From the NCBI GenBank assembly GCA_040285745.1, contig JAUFOR010000008.1, positions 310,001 to 374,000 of the forward strand: DNA of 64,000 nucleotides, written 5' to 3'. Every line of letters begins with the position of its first letter. Positions within the stretch are counted from its first letter, which is position 1. A model generated the notes under the pieces. The model was not told the origin of the DNA. It saw only the letters and a program-made list of their open reading frames with translations, and did no database searches. This DNA comes from Barthelona sp. PCE. Lineage: Eukaryota. A program made the translations under genes and the position numbers. Below are positions 40,701 to 49,294 of the stretch, in pieces.

Positions 40701-41884
40701 TCACCCAGCAAAAAACCCAACACGAGAGTATCACTCCAGCAAAGGAGGAAGCTTCTGCGACCACACCCCCTACACCAGCAAAGGCAAGGGCAGAGGAGAT
40801 CGTGGAGAAGAGAACTGAGCGTCAGATCATTGCTAGTGTGTTTAGTATGATTGATGAAAATGAGGTTCTCAGTGAAGTCATGACTAGAACTTATGGTGAT
40901 ATAGCTCCTGACGCACATGAGCGTGAAATCTCCGTTCTCAAGAGCCTGCGCAACCAGACTCTCATACTGCAAGCAAAGAAGCCCAGGGATTTATTGGTTG
41001 AAGAAGACAAGAAACCAGTTAAAGCAAACGTTCCCGGAGTTGATAGAGAACCTTATGATTTCATCCTCTTGAAGCAGTTCCTGTTACAGATGGGTCTTTT
41101 AGATGTCGATTCTATGGTTGAAACGTTTTTCAGACCTGTGTTTCTCTCTAAGGAGTTGCTTAACGCAATCGATCAAGTTGACGGAAAAGTCCTGCGTCCT
41201 ACATTCAATGTACCTATTTTATTCATCAAGGAACATCAACGCGTTGCTCAGAATATTTTTAAGAATGATGACGTGTCGCTTGACTTTATGCGTTTCTATG
41301 AATCGTTGGGTGAGATTGTCACCATAAAGGGTACTGATCTTCGACCCATGTTTGATCCAAACGATTACACTGAAGGCAAGGCAGTCATAGCATCCTCCCC
41401 AACGTGTCACATTTGCTTTGGTGCTACACCTCTCATCACAAGCGCACCTGAGAAGAAGGAGACTCTCACAAAATGTACTTCTGTGCAGATCATATACGCA
41501 GAAGAAATGCCAAGCACTGAACTTCTGGAAAGCTTAAAGAGTCACTCTACTAAGGTCGTCTTTGTGATTTGCCCTTCACATGTCGATGGAGCCAATATCA
41601 TTAGGGTTATTACATACTCTGAAGATCTCCGAATGTACTCCAGTGTTATTGGTAGTGGTTCTATTGTTCCCACCGAAGCTGTGGCCCCTCTTATGAGATC
41701 AATGGTCCACGGTATTCTAAGCATTCTTTATTCATCGAATTCATTCTTTGCAAACGCAGCAGCACGTAGATCATTGCTTGATACGCTAGTTAACAACCAT
41801 ACAGTAAGTGAAAATGGTAAGAGTATCAACTCTCTCTTCTTCCCACAAAATGTAGGCGTTACAAAAGCGCCTTTAATCGAGTAA
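37784..41884 (+). CDS. RalGAP-alpha/tuberin-family protein with a C-terminal Rap-GAP-like domain
   Basis: N-terminus LLQYLP..IRTKWQERSL...KIRIAG matches the RALGAPA pattern. IVRNPMGR and FMRFYESLG match the GAP region. Confidence 0.8.
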   Translation: MSDFKRNKRLSGFFNSTNHLKQLKSIVSFLESSLEVEQRSLYSVHYADIYSCFLSAIEHLDSRNKNLNVNDVLSYVGVTKRLLQYLPNVIRTKWQERSLLYTIGLVLKKTNKPKIRIAGLDMLLLLIDSLDDTVAPEALDMLMTLIDYEAFRSDCSPEEWECVEKSLPQSSDLDYTGSLVSCTRNNPASKEEASELLNFVLRFIDTRPVKRFSFYWPVMVNHIFPVLFGREGVGFQKCPDALLSPIAEYIVRWFERPYQRTIMSVDRRNVDIGLNILIQSLSLSSEYAETVQRIVSLFKRWLSGIELPEILDGDSLDSTFKLLITALPNVFSTSADMNTDKSCQQAVELLANIQSFRVLSEDLLIVLMTTMIDCLELTLNEGEERAFTGNMSSTFFNTLLRSKVTSAILWDKIKFVMKEWRNNDTLMVRWKKVVKSIAKLICTRAFGVAFDAKKTQDIVILTSLDTADDDWVRLCFVNLLYYVEGHKIHVEDAHSTFIVAIRDIVLEFIQFAQGHPDHVVGPAKHTLISIVGDFLFNECGCGVDTNTLPRHASVTGIAISTLNTIMLLPGTPVNDDVQKAYMTAVYNVLNMKLFASTIPAQYCIKSMGNFWHAQIEGSLSLVPVIVRGCVSLLQSIEEVSPDVVIPTFSLLKSTIPMIFFAGPTPVKDGVSGIDSLGALVPDLLSFIGNLMARITEHPNDFDTNIQCAIISTAAVTASASLLVSGSGQLNEIVKAVVESLIQLAKLSQNKTLIKFALRYLVDLPRLLPHNAPQSAVLAVTVVERITELIHLRVGRFTPSMKPGHINSTVIAIIESINVIQAWVDCAPAGLKADDTTEVMKRCLATLELLVEGEEFQAVSEEDSMIRQLKVGGLKYFLDSQVSSDVRQIIAHFIRYMVCYYDNYPLVDNHICMNTQYTEKEVDTNPIFFSIGDDTIVSFVELPTEPASIRAIVRNPMGRMAFEIEMTKDIHDHITQQKTQHESITPAKEEASATTPPTPAKARAEEIVEKRTERQIIASVFSMIDENEVLSEVMTRTYGDIAPDAHEREISVLKSLRNQTLILQAKKPRDLLVEEDKKPVKANVPGVDREPYDFILLKQFLLQMGLLDVDSMVETFFRPVFLSKELLNAIDQVDGKVLRPTFNVPILFIKEHQRVAQNIFKNDDVSLDFMRFYESLGEIVTIKGTDLRPMFDPNDYTEGKAVIASSPTCHICFGATPLITSAPEKKETLTKCTSVQIIYAEEMPSTELLESLKSHSTKVVFVICPSHVDGANIIRVITYSEDLRMYSSVIGSGSIVPTEAVAPLMRSMVHGILSILYSSNSFFANAAARRSLLDTLVNNHTVSENGKSINSLFFPQNVGVTKAPLIE

Positions 41885-41894
41885 ATGTACGTAA

Positions 41895-42719
41895 TTAAGC
41901 CTCAGAAGCTGTAATAACCTCAAGCTCAACCACATTTTCAACTTCTTGCGTTGTCAACCTAGACTTCGATCTCTTAATGATGATGTGGTTCAATAAATAA
42001 AAAGGTAGAGGAACAATTGGAAGTGCTACATAGAAAATCCATGCAAAACTATACTTATCCCAATCAAGGAAGGGGTACACGAAGCTATCATACAACTGAT
42101 AGAAGAAGTAAGACCCAGTAAAGAAGATAAAAATAGCTGGAATTACCAACCATAGTGCCCTTCTATCAATTGAAATGTGTTTAGTTGAATAATGGTTTAG
42201 TTGTATCATTGAGTAGATGAAAACAAATAAATGAGCAACAACATCATAAAAAGTGTGGAAAACAATTTGATACTCACGGTAGCTGAACGAAGGAAAGATA
42301 AGTGTCCAATAAACTATAGTAACGAGTGCTGAAGCAGGAACCATGTACTGGAGGAGAAGCGAGTGGAATAACTCTAACGTAAAACGGCTGTTTTTAGTTG
42401 CTTCATCCTTATCAAGATTATCAACTTTTGCAGTTTCGCTATTCAAGCGTTTAGAAATTATTGCACCAACTACAGAACATAGAAGTGAGGCAATGAGTGT
42501 TTGGTTCGTGAAAAAAAACCAGAATTTGCCAAAATGAAAGTTTACGTAATATCCATAAATTGTAAGAACGTATAATAATGCAATGCCAACTTCAATAAGG
42601 AAAAATGTATGCATTTGTATGGTATATCGATAAAAAGTAGATGAAACAGGATACCAAAGCGTAATAAAAAGAGCAAAAAGTAAAGCACTGTTCTTCATCA
42701 ACAAACCTACCACACTCAT
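41895..42719 (-). CDS. FAR-17a/AIG1-like multi-pass membrane protein
   Basis: FFTNQT, TIVYW, a conserved His and VYPFLDW. Confidence 0.7.
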   Translation of the reverse strand: MSVVGLLMKNSALLFALFITLWYPVSSTFYRYTIQMHTFFLIEVGIALLYVLTIYGYYVNFHFGKFWFFFTNQTLIASLLCSVVGAIISKRLNSETAKVDNLDKDEATKNSRFTLELFHSLLLQYMVPASALVTIVYWTLIFPSFSYREYQIVFHTFYDVVAHLFVFIYSMIQLNHYSTKHISIDRRALWLVIPAIFIFFTGSYFFYQLYDSFVYPFLDWDKYSFAWIFYVALPIVPLPFYLLNHIIIKRSKSRLTTQEVENVVELEVITASEA

Positions 42720-42766
42720 GTTTGAGTGCTACTGAGCGTTACTGAGCACAACAACTACACCGTTTA

Positions 42767-43405
42767 TTATCTATCCTTATTCACAAAAGCCATCGCACCC
42801 ATCACCAAAAACAACAAGTACTTCAACATAGGATAATCGGCCATAATGATAGTGATTCTACCACCAAATGGAATGAACGCCTTGACTTGTCCCAATATGT
42901 TCTTTGGTGTTAAATGAAAATCACTAATACCACCCTCAAAATACAAGCCTCTGTCATCAATTGGGTTTGCATCACCCTTTGTCACAATATGTCTTGTGCT
43001 GTTCTCCACCTGTGTTGTCTGCAATATCCTATGTACAATGGGAATCTTCTGTAACGGTAACTCATAAACTACGATATCGTCTTGAACATAATCCTTATTA
43101 TTCCACAGGAAAAGAATGTCTCCACGCTCAAATGAGGGTTCCATAGATCCTGAAAGAACCACAACACCAGGGGTGAGTGATCCTGTAACAACAATCATCA
43201 AATTCCACAGCATCCATGCCCCAATGCCAATAAGAGCGACGTTCACACCTGATTGATAACGGTCCCGTTTGCTCATCACTCCGAAAGAATTGTAAAAGTT
43301 CTTTGCTTCATCTATGAGTCCCTCTACCATTCCTATATTCTTTTTGCTACCTTTTTTATGCCTTGTGTCTGCCACACCTTTCCCACTAGATCGGTTATTT
43401 GACAT
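42767..43405 (-). CDS. SEC11: Signal peptidase catalytic subunit
   Basis: VVVLSGSMEP..RGDILFL, IPIVHR and TKGDAN..DD. Confidence 0.96.
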   Translation of the reverse strand: MSNNRSSGKGVADTRHKKGSKKNIGMVEGLIDEAKNFYNSFGVMSKRDRYQSGVNVALIGIGAWMLWNLMIVVTGSLTPGVVVLSGSMEPSFERGDILFLWNNKDYVQDDIVVYELPLQKIPIVHRILQTTQVENSTRHIVTKGDANPIDDRGLYFEGGISDFHLTPKNILGQVKAFIPFGGRITIIMADYPMLKYLLFLVMGAMAFVNKDR

Positions 43406-43421
43406 ATCCAACCTTCAAAAA

Positions 43422-43430
43422 TGAAATGGG
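43422..43430 (-). promoter_or_regulatory. Initiator-like motif CCCATTTCA
   Basis: 16 nt before the SEC11 ATG. Confidence 0.6.
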
Positions 43431-43593
43431 TAATTTTTGTAAAACACCTTTTGGATAAAAAATTTTATATGTAGTCGCTGTTAGGCTATGAGTTAAGTCA
43501 CAATTCGGTTTTAATGAAGTATACAAAACGATTCTAGTCAAGTTTGTTCTTGTTTCACATTTTTACGTTCTATTTCAACTTTTTCTCGAGCAC

Positions 43594-44553
43594 ATGGGCC
43601 TTGTAGTGGAGCCTGAAGGGGTTTTCCTTGTTCGAGAGCCGTGTTCATTCAGCATAAGAAACGAATCAGATGATTCTTTACCTCTCCGTGTGTTTCCACC
43701 TGTATCGGATTACTTTGAGGTACAGGGTCCCATATCTTTCACCAATATGGCGGCGGGAATGTTCTTACCGTTTATGATTCGACCTAAATGGGATAGTCAG
43801 TGTCAATATCCAGTTATTGAAGATATCATTGTTTTTGCAACGCCCCTCAACACATATGTCCTTGTACTTACAGGGCTTGTTGATATTGAGTCAACAGAGG
43901 AACCATTCAAGCTTTATTCCCGCATCGACTATGATGTGGACATTGACTTTGAGAATTATGATTATCCAGAGGACTGGGAACCAGCAGAACCTATTTTCCT
44001 CCGTGTATCCTTTAACGAAGCATGTGAAAAATACTTTAAGGATCTAAAGCACAAAAGAAAAAATAAGAAAAAGGGAAGACATAGAAGTTTCAGCGTCCCT
44101 GCTCATTCAAATAACGTTTCTGATAGTAGTGATGCGGAGAATGCTGATAAACAAAGGCGTAAAGAGCGGAAGCGAAGGAAAGAACGAGAAAAGCGAAAGA
44201 AGAGAAAACAAAAAGCATCAAGCGCCATGCCACGACTAGATCTGGACGAAGAAGAAGATCAAGTCCCCCGCAAGGAGGCTGCAATCAACAGTAGTAGGTT
44301 CATACTTGAGGAAATCGAAGAAAACCCGGCGGAGGAGAAGCGGTCATTGCTCCCAGCTTTATCATCTTCGACCGTTTCCGTTGGCATTGAGGACCCTGAG
44401 GAGCTCAACTTGAGCGCATACCATTCAGCAATGTCATTGAGAGAACCATCTGTTCCGAGTTTAAAGCTACGAAGTCAACAACCCTCAATCAACACAGCAA
44501 AAACTCTTAATGTATCAAAAGCACTGTCAAAGTTCGGATTGGGACCAAGATAA
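43594..44553 (+). CDS. Protein with an N-terminal ASH/Ig-like (ciliary-type) domain and a basic disordered tail
   Basis: F.IRN.S...LRVFPP.SDYF...AAGM pattern typical of ASH domains. Confidence 0.5.
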   Translation: MGLVVEPEGVFLVREPCSFSIRNESDDSLPLRVFPPVSDYFEVQGPISFTNMAAGMFLPFMIRPKWDSQCQYPVIEDIIVFATPLNTYVLVLTGLVDIESTEEPFKLYSRIDYDVDIDFENYDYPEDWEPAEPIFLRVSFNEACEKYFKDLKHKRKNKKKGRHRSFSVPAHSNNVSDSSDAENADKQRRKERKRRKEREKRKKRKQKASSAMPRLDLDEEEDQVPRKEAAINSSRFILEEIEENPAEEKRSLLPALSSSTVSVGIEDPEELNLSAYHSAMSLREPSVPSLKLRSQQPSINTAKTLNVSKALSKFGLGPR

Positions 44554-44560
44554 CACATGT

Positions 44561-46294
44561 TTACTCTTTGCTTTGTCGTTTCCATCCTTCCAGTTCTTCA
44601 ATTCTTTGTTCAAGTAAAACAACTTTCTTTCTCAACTGTGTCTCTAAATCCTCCTCTGACCTCTGTGGGGTTCGAACAGGTGTCACAGGTTGAGTGGTTG
44701 GAGTCTGTGGTGACAATGGCATTTCCACTTTTCCGTTGCTCATCTGTACTGCTGCAGTTTTTAATGCCTGCTCCAACTCAGCGATGCGCACCTCGTACAT
44801 CTCAGCAGTCTTCGGTGTCTTCTCAACAACTTCACCCTGTAAAGCTCTTGAAAGGAAAGTGCTTTCCATTCCTCGCCTATCTACGCTGCTGTTTCCTCTC
44901 CTGAGTTCATCCAACTGTCTATTTTGTTTTGATATTGTCTGTTCCAGTTGGTAACATCGGTCCCTTGAGTCTGTAAGCTGTCTCTTCAAGTAAGTTAAGC
45001 GCCCTTGACTTTCCCCTGCCGTATCATTTGCAAGCAGTTTTTCGCACTTCTTGGTCAGCTCCATACGCTCGATTTCCAGCTGCTCCTTCTCCCTTATATA
45101 TAGTTGCAACGTATCAGCCATCTCAGAATGTTGCTCTTCGTGGAAACCAACCTTCTTCTCAAGGGTTTCAACTAATATTCTGCTTTGGGTGATAACGTCT
45201 TGCAACTGTTGTATCTCCTTATTACGCGTATCGACGTCGTTGCGCAGTACCTCTACCTCCACCTGGAGTTGACGGCTTGTCCGGTCAGGATCAAGTAAAT
45301 CATCGACAGAGTACTCAATATTAACCTCACCAAGCTCACGAACCAATTCGGATAACCTCACTGTCATCTCAGTAACGTCCTTTTGCTCTAATTGGGTCTT
45401 TGCTAACTCTTCGATTAAATCACTCAGAACCATCCCCTTCTTTCGGATATGGTCAACAGTAGTAGCAATACCTCTGAAATAATCAACAGCACCACTTGGA
45501 GCGGATTGCTCCTTCTTCCTCTGCCTGATACTCAACTTCCCGTGAATGCTGCTAAGGCCAACTCGCATACTAGATAGTTCACTGAAAATTATATCCTGCA
45601 ACGAGTTATCTTTAGCAGCTTGTTTTGTACTATCGATCAGGTATTTTGACGCTGGTGATAGAATGGGCATAAGTACCTCTTCAACTCCACCAAGCTTCTC
45701 AATATTTTCATTAATAGATTCAACATCAAGTTTCGGTAATAGCGGAGTTTGTTCCTTGGTATGACTTGGTTTGGCCTCCTTTTGCGGTGAATTCGCCTTA
45801 GAAACAGGCTGAGGTGATTTTCTGGGTGGTGACTTCTTCCTTGGCGACTTCCTTTTTGGAACAGGTTCTTTTTTCTGTGGAGTTATATGTTTTGGCTTCT
45901 TCCTTCTCTTCTTTGGCTTGTCTGATGGTATTTTGTATGGAGATTTTGCCTCATTCACCTTCTTTGCAGCTTTCCTCTTTTGAGATGCTTTAATTGGAGA
46001 TTCTGGCATTTTTAGGCTGGATTCTGGAAACCGCAGCTGCAAATCGCTATCTTCATCATACCCCATCGATACTACACGCTTGTTAGGGCGCTTAATTGGA
46101 CTTCGTTTTTTAGACAATGCTAAATACGAATTTCGTGTTTGCGAAGGTGACACTTCGGATGTTCTGAGCGCCTTATGGTGCATTGATGAGTCTGTAGGCG
46201 TCTTTGGAAACGGAAGAACCCATTTCTTTCCGCGCTTTGATTTCCCGCTTAGTTTCTGTAAATCTGACAGCTTTGTCAACTTTGACTTCGGCAT
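44561..46294 (-). CDS. Basic SP-rich N-terminus plus coiled-coil protein
   Basis: 577-aa ORF. Confidence 0.7.
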   Translation of the reverse strand: MPKSKLTKLSDLQKLSGKSKRGKKWVLPFPKTPTDSSMHHKALRTSEVSPSQTRNSYLALSKKRSPIKRPNKRVVSMGYDEDSDLQLRFPESSLKMPESPIKASQKRKAAKKVNEAKSPYKIPSDKPKKRRKKPKHITPQKKEPVPKRKSPRKKSPPRKSPQPVSKANSPQKEAKPSHTKEQTPLLPKLDVESINENIEKLGGVEEVLMPILSPASKYLIDSTKQAAKDNSLQDIIFSELSSMRVGLSSIHGKLSIRQRKKEQSAPSGAVDYFRGIATTVDHIRKKGMVLSDLIEELAKTQLEQKDVTEMTVRLSELVRELGEVNIEYSVDDLLDPDRTSRQLQVEVEVLRNDVDTRNKEIQQLQDVITQSRILVETLEKKVGFHEEQHSEMADTLQLYIREKEQLEIERMELTKKCEKLLANDTAGESQGRLTYLKRQLTDSRDRCYQLEQTISKQNRQLDELRRGNSSVDRRGMESTFLSRALQGEVVEKTPKTAEMYEVRIAELEQALKTAAVQMSNGKVEMPLSPQTPTTQPVTPVRTPQRSEEDLETQLRKKVVLLEQRIEELEGWKRQSKE

Positions 46295-46362
46295 ACTCTA
46301 CAAGAACCTTGTGTCAAGAAATGAAATGGATGAATCAATGTAAAACGAACTGATTTACTGAT

Positions 46363-49200
46363 CTAGTGAGTTCTCTGTTTCTTAGCTCCTTGCAAGACAC
46401 GTGCTTTCTCAAGAACTTTCATGTACGCATCATCATTCTCTGCAGCACCGAAATAAGCAGTCTTTTCCTCAAAGCAGGTACTCAACATTCCACATGCTGT
46501 AAGAACGATCCCGCTCATTCTCTCCGCGTTACTGATGTGCTTCATCAGTGACCTGGCGATGCGCTGAAGCTGCGTGTGAGTTGACTCAGCTGAACGCAGT
46601 CTTGCACCGTGAATACGAACAATGGCACTCAATATTTGACCAACCATCTCAATACTTCCTGCGTTCGTGAACAAAGCTGCATCGATGAAGTCCAGCAACA
46701 GGATTAAGTGCTGCCACGGAATTAATGTCACAGTGGTATGCAACTGTGCATTGGGCACCTTTTTCAACTGATGTAACACATGCTCAACAGGCTCCATGTT
46801 CATCAGCTTAATGTCAGGTTGGGGGGCGACCATGGATACCCTATCCTCCTCGCTTGCAGCTGTCCAATCATCGACGAACTTCTTTCTCAATGCGACTTCC
46901 AGTGAAGCAACATCAATTGCAGTAATCAATCGCTCAGTGTGTGTGACATCTGCGGTCGTAGGTCTGGCCATTTCTTCGTTGCCAAAGCCTGCCTCAACGA
47001 GTGCCTCCTTTCTACGTGCCTTGTCGAGTAACTCATCCTCCAGTTGCATTTCCAGTTCTTCGTTCCTCTGATCACTCATAAAAACTTGCTGATCAGTCTT
47101 ATCGAACCACCTAATACCGAGCTCCGCACCAACTGCTGCGAAAAAAGTTCCTTTCGGTGAGACGGAGACGTCAAATACTGAATTGGTAAGACTACACAAT
47201 GCAATGATGCACTTGAAAACGTCACAGTCCCAGAATCTCACGACACCGTCCTTTCCTGATGACAGAAGGAGATGTGTGTCTGGAATGAATTTGACACTCG
47301 TTACGATATCATCATGTGCATATAACGAAGCATGACAATCACCGAAATCGAGTCCCCATATGCGAATGTTTTTATCTGCACTACCTGTCACAATGATTGT
47401 GTTGTCAGTTGAGATAGCAATGGAACTAATGGGAAGGCTGTGTCCGTAAAGGGAAAGATAAAATTTGAGATCGGCCTCATGGAATATACGCACAGTGTTA
47501 TCCAGAAGACCAACGGCCAGGAACTTGGAGTTGGAGGACATACACAATGCCAAAATCTCTGTATCCAACTGCAATGTCCTGGTTAAAACCAGTCCCAAAG
47601 TCTTATCCTCCAGTGTGAAATCATAAAACGCAACCTTACCATCGGCACCAGCTGCAATACACCCACCGTTATCGGGGTGCAACACGATGCTGTACACAGG
47701 GGAACCTCCCTCGATCTGCTGAATAGAGCCAACAACCTCGGCGCGAGAAACATCAACGATCTGAATTGATCCGTCGCGACATGCACAGACAACGAACTTG
47801 TTACCTGGAGCCCAAACCAATCCGCAAATGGGAGCAGTTTCGACCGCGGCAACACACAGAAGCCTGTTAGTGTTCCACACCAACAATTTATCTCCACCAG
47901 TCGCCATATACTGACCATCGTTCGACATTGCCGATGCGTGTACAACGCCCTGGTGATATGTCTCTCCCAGTAAAGCAGTGGGTGCAAGTAGGTTGTTGTC
48001 TGCAATCTCTGTTGAAAACAACATCATTGTATTGTTATTATTTGCCACAAAAAGCTCTTCACCCCCAGGAACAAGATCAATGGAGCGGATTCTGTGCTTG
48101 CTACGGGCGCTACCTACGTACTTAAAAACAGCAGATAATGTGAACTTACGTTCTCTCTTTTCGTATCGCTTCTTTCGTGATTTAGTCTTTGATGCATCTG
48201 CGCGATCGTAAATATCAATGATCTGACTCTTACACACGCAGTACACACGGCCTGAGGCACGGTCACATAGCAACTGCTGAACAGGTGCCGTGAGAGCATG
48301 CTTCCTTTGCAACTCACCCTCATAGACCAACAGCTCAACTGTGTCTTCCACTCGGATTCTGCGCTGAAGAACCTGGTGCAGGTTAAGGCTTCCCGCGTCT
48401 GCGTTAGATTCGGCCTCCTCAGCAGTCCTCTTCTTCGCTTCGGATGCTGTAATTTTTTTGGGGTCAGTCATGTTGATAGAAAACACTCCAACCGTCTGCG
48501 ACAGAGATCCAATCAGAATGAGGTCACCGCCCATATCAGCAGAGCCGTAGCATACTGAAATGCATCCAACACCAGCCTTGAATCCTGGAACAGTCTGGTA
48601 ACACTCACGACCAGCTGGGTGCCAAACACGCACTGTCCCATCCTTCGATCCTGATAGAAGAAGCATATTATCGAAGGAATACGTACCACTCCAATAAATG
48701 GCTAACGTACTTACTACATTTGTGTGTCCTTGAAGTCTGAATAAGCCTGTTTGGCCTGCAACGTCCCAGACTGCAATGTTCGTATCACATGCAGCACTAA
48801 AAAGTGCAAAATCATCAGGCGTAAATACTAATGATGTCACAGCAGATGTATGTGAGGTGAGAGTGCAGAGATGCTCACCTGTGAGAAAACTGAACAGTGC
48901 GACATTACCCGTTGTGTATCCCACAGACAGAGTCCTCCTGTCGTTCGAAAGCGCTATGCACGTCACGTTATAAGCGTTCTTAAGTGACTCTGATGGCTTG
49001 AGAGGTAGGGAAAAATATTTAATAACCTTATTCAGTCTGTAATCAAATAGATGGACTGATTCGAGTGCGCCGACAAGCACGCAGTGCTTGAGATGCTCAC
49101 TTTTTGCTCCCTCAGTCTGAATGTGTAGAGAGCGCGATGCAGATGAACAGAGAAGCCCACTAGTATCAACCAGCTCATAATTCAGATATGAACGGACCAT
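46363..49200 (-). CDS. UTP12: SSU processome WD40 protein WDR3/Utp12/Dip2
   Basis: MVRSYL start, LLDNTVRIF, LSLYGHSLP, SADKNIRIWGLDFGDCH and a C-terminal Utp12 domain. Confidence 0.95.
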   Translation of the reverse strand: MVRSYLNYELVDTSGLLCSSASRSLHIQTEGAKSEHLKHCVLVGALESVHLFDYRLNKVIKYFSLPLKPSESLKNAYNVTCIALSNDRRTLSVGYTTGNVALFSFLTGEHLCTLTSHTSAVTSLVFTPDDFALFSAACDTNIAVWDVAGQTGLFRLQGHTNVVSTLAIYWSGTYSFDNMLLLSGSKDGTVRVWHPAGRECYQTVPGFKAGVGCISVCYGSADMGGDLILIGSLSQTVGVFSINMTDPKKITASEAKKRTAEEAESNADAGSLNLHQVLQRRIRVEDTVELLVYEGELQRKHALTAPVQQLLCDRASGRVYCVCKSQIIDIYDRADASKTKSRKKRYEKRERKFTLSAVFKYVGSARSKHRIRSIDLVPGGEELFVANNNNTMMLFSTEIADNNLLAPTALLGETYHQGVVHASAMSNDGQYMATGGDKLLVWNTNRLLCVAAVETAPICGLVWAPGNKFVVCACRDGSIQIVDVSRAEVVGSIQQIEGGSPVYSIVLHPDNGGCIAAGADGKVAFYDFTLEDKTLGLVLTRTLQLDTEILALCMSSNSKFLAVGLLDNTVRIFHEADLKFYLSLYGHSLPISSIAISTDNTIIVTGSADKNIRIWGLDFGDCHASLYAHDDIVTSVKFIPDTHLLLSSGKDGVVRFWDCDVFKCIIALCSLTNSVFDVSVSPKGTFFAAVGAELGIRWFDKTDQQVFMSDQRNEELEMQLEDELLDKARRKEALVEAGFGNEEMARPTTADVTHTERLITAIDVASLEVALRKKFVDDWTAASEEDRVSMVAPQPDIKLMNMEPVEHVLHQLKKVPNAQLHTTVTLIPWQHLILLLDFIDAALFTNAGSIEMVGQILSAIVRIHGARLRSAESTHTQLQRIARSLMKHISNAERMSGIVLTACGMLSTCFEEKTAYFGAAENDDAYMKVLEKARVLQGAKKQRTH

Positions 49201-49294
49201 GTTATGTGTGTGTGTGAATGAAAAGGGGTATATTTGTTCAACCAAAAAATGTGTTTCATTTTTCAACCCATCTCACCATAGCAACGCATTTTAA

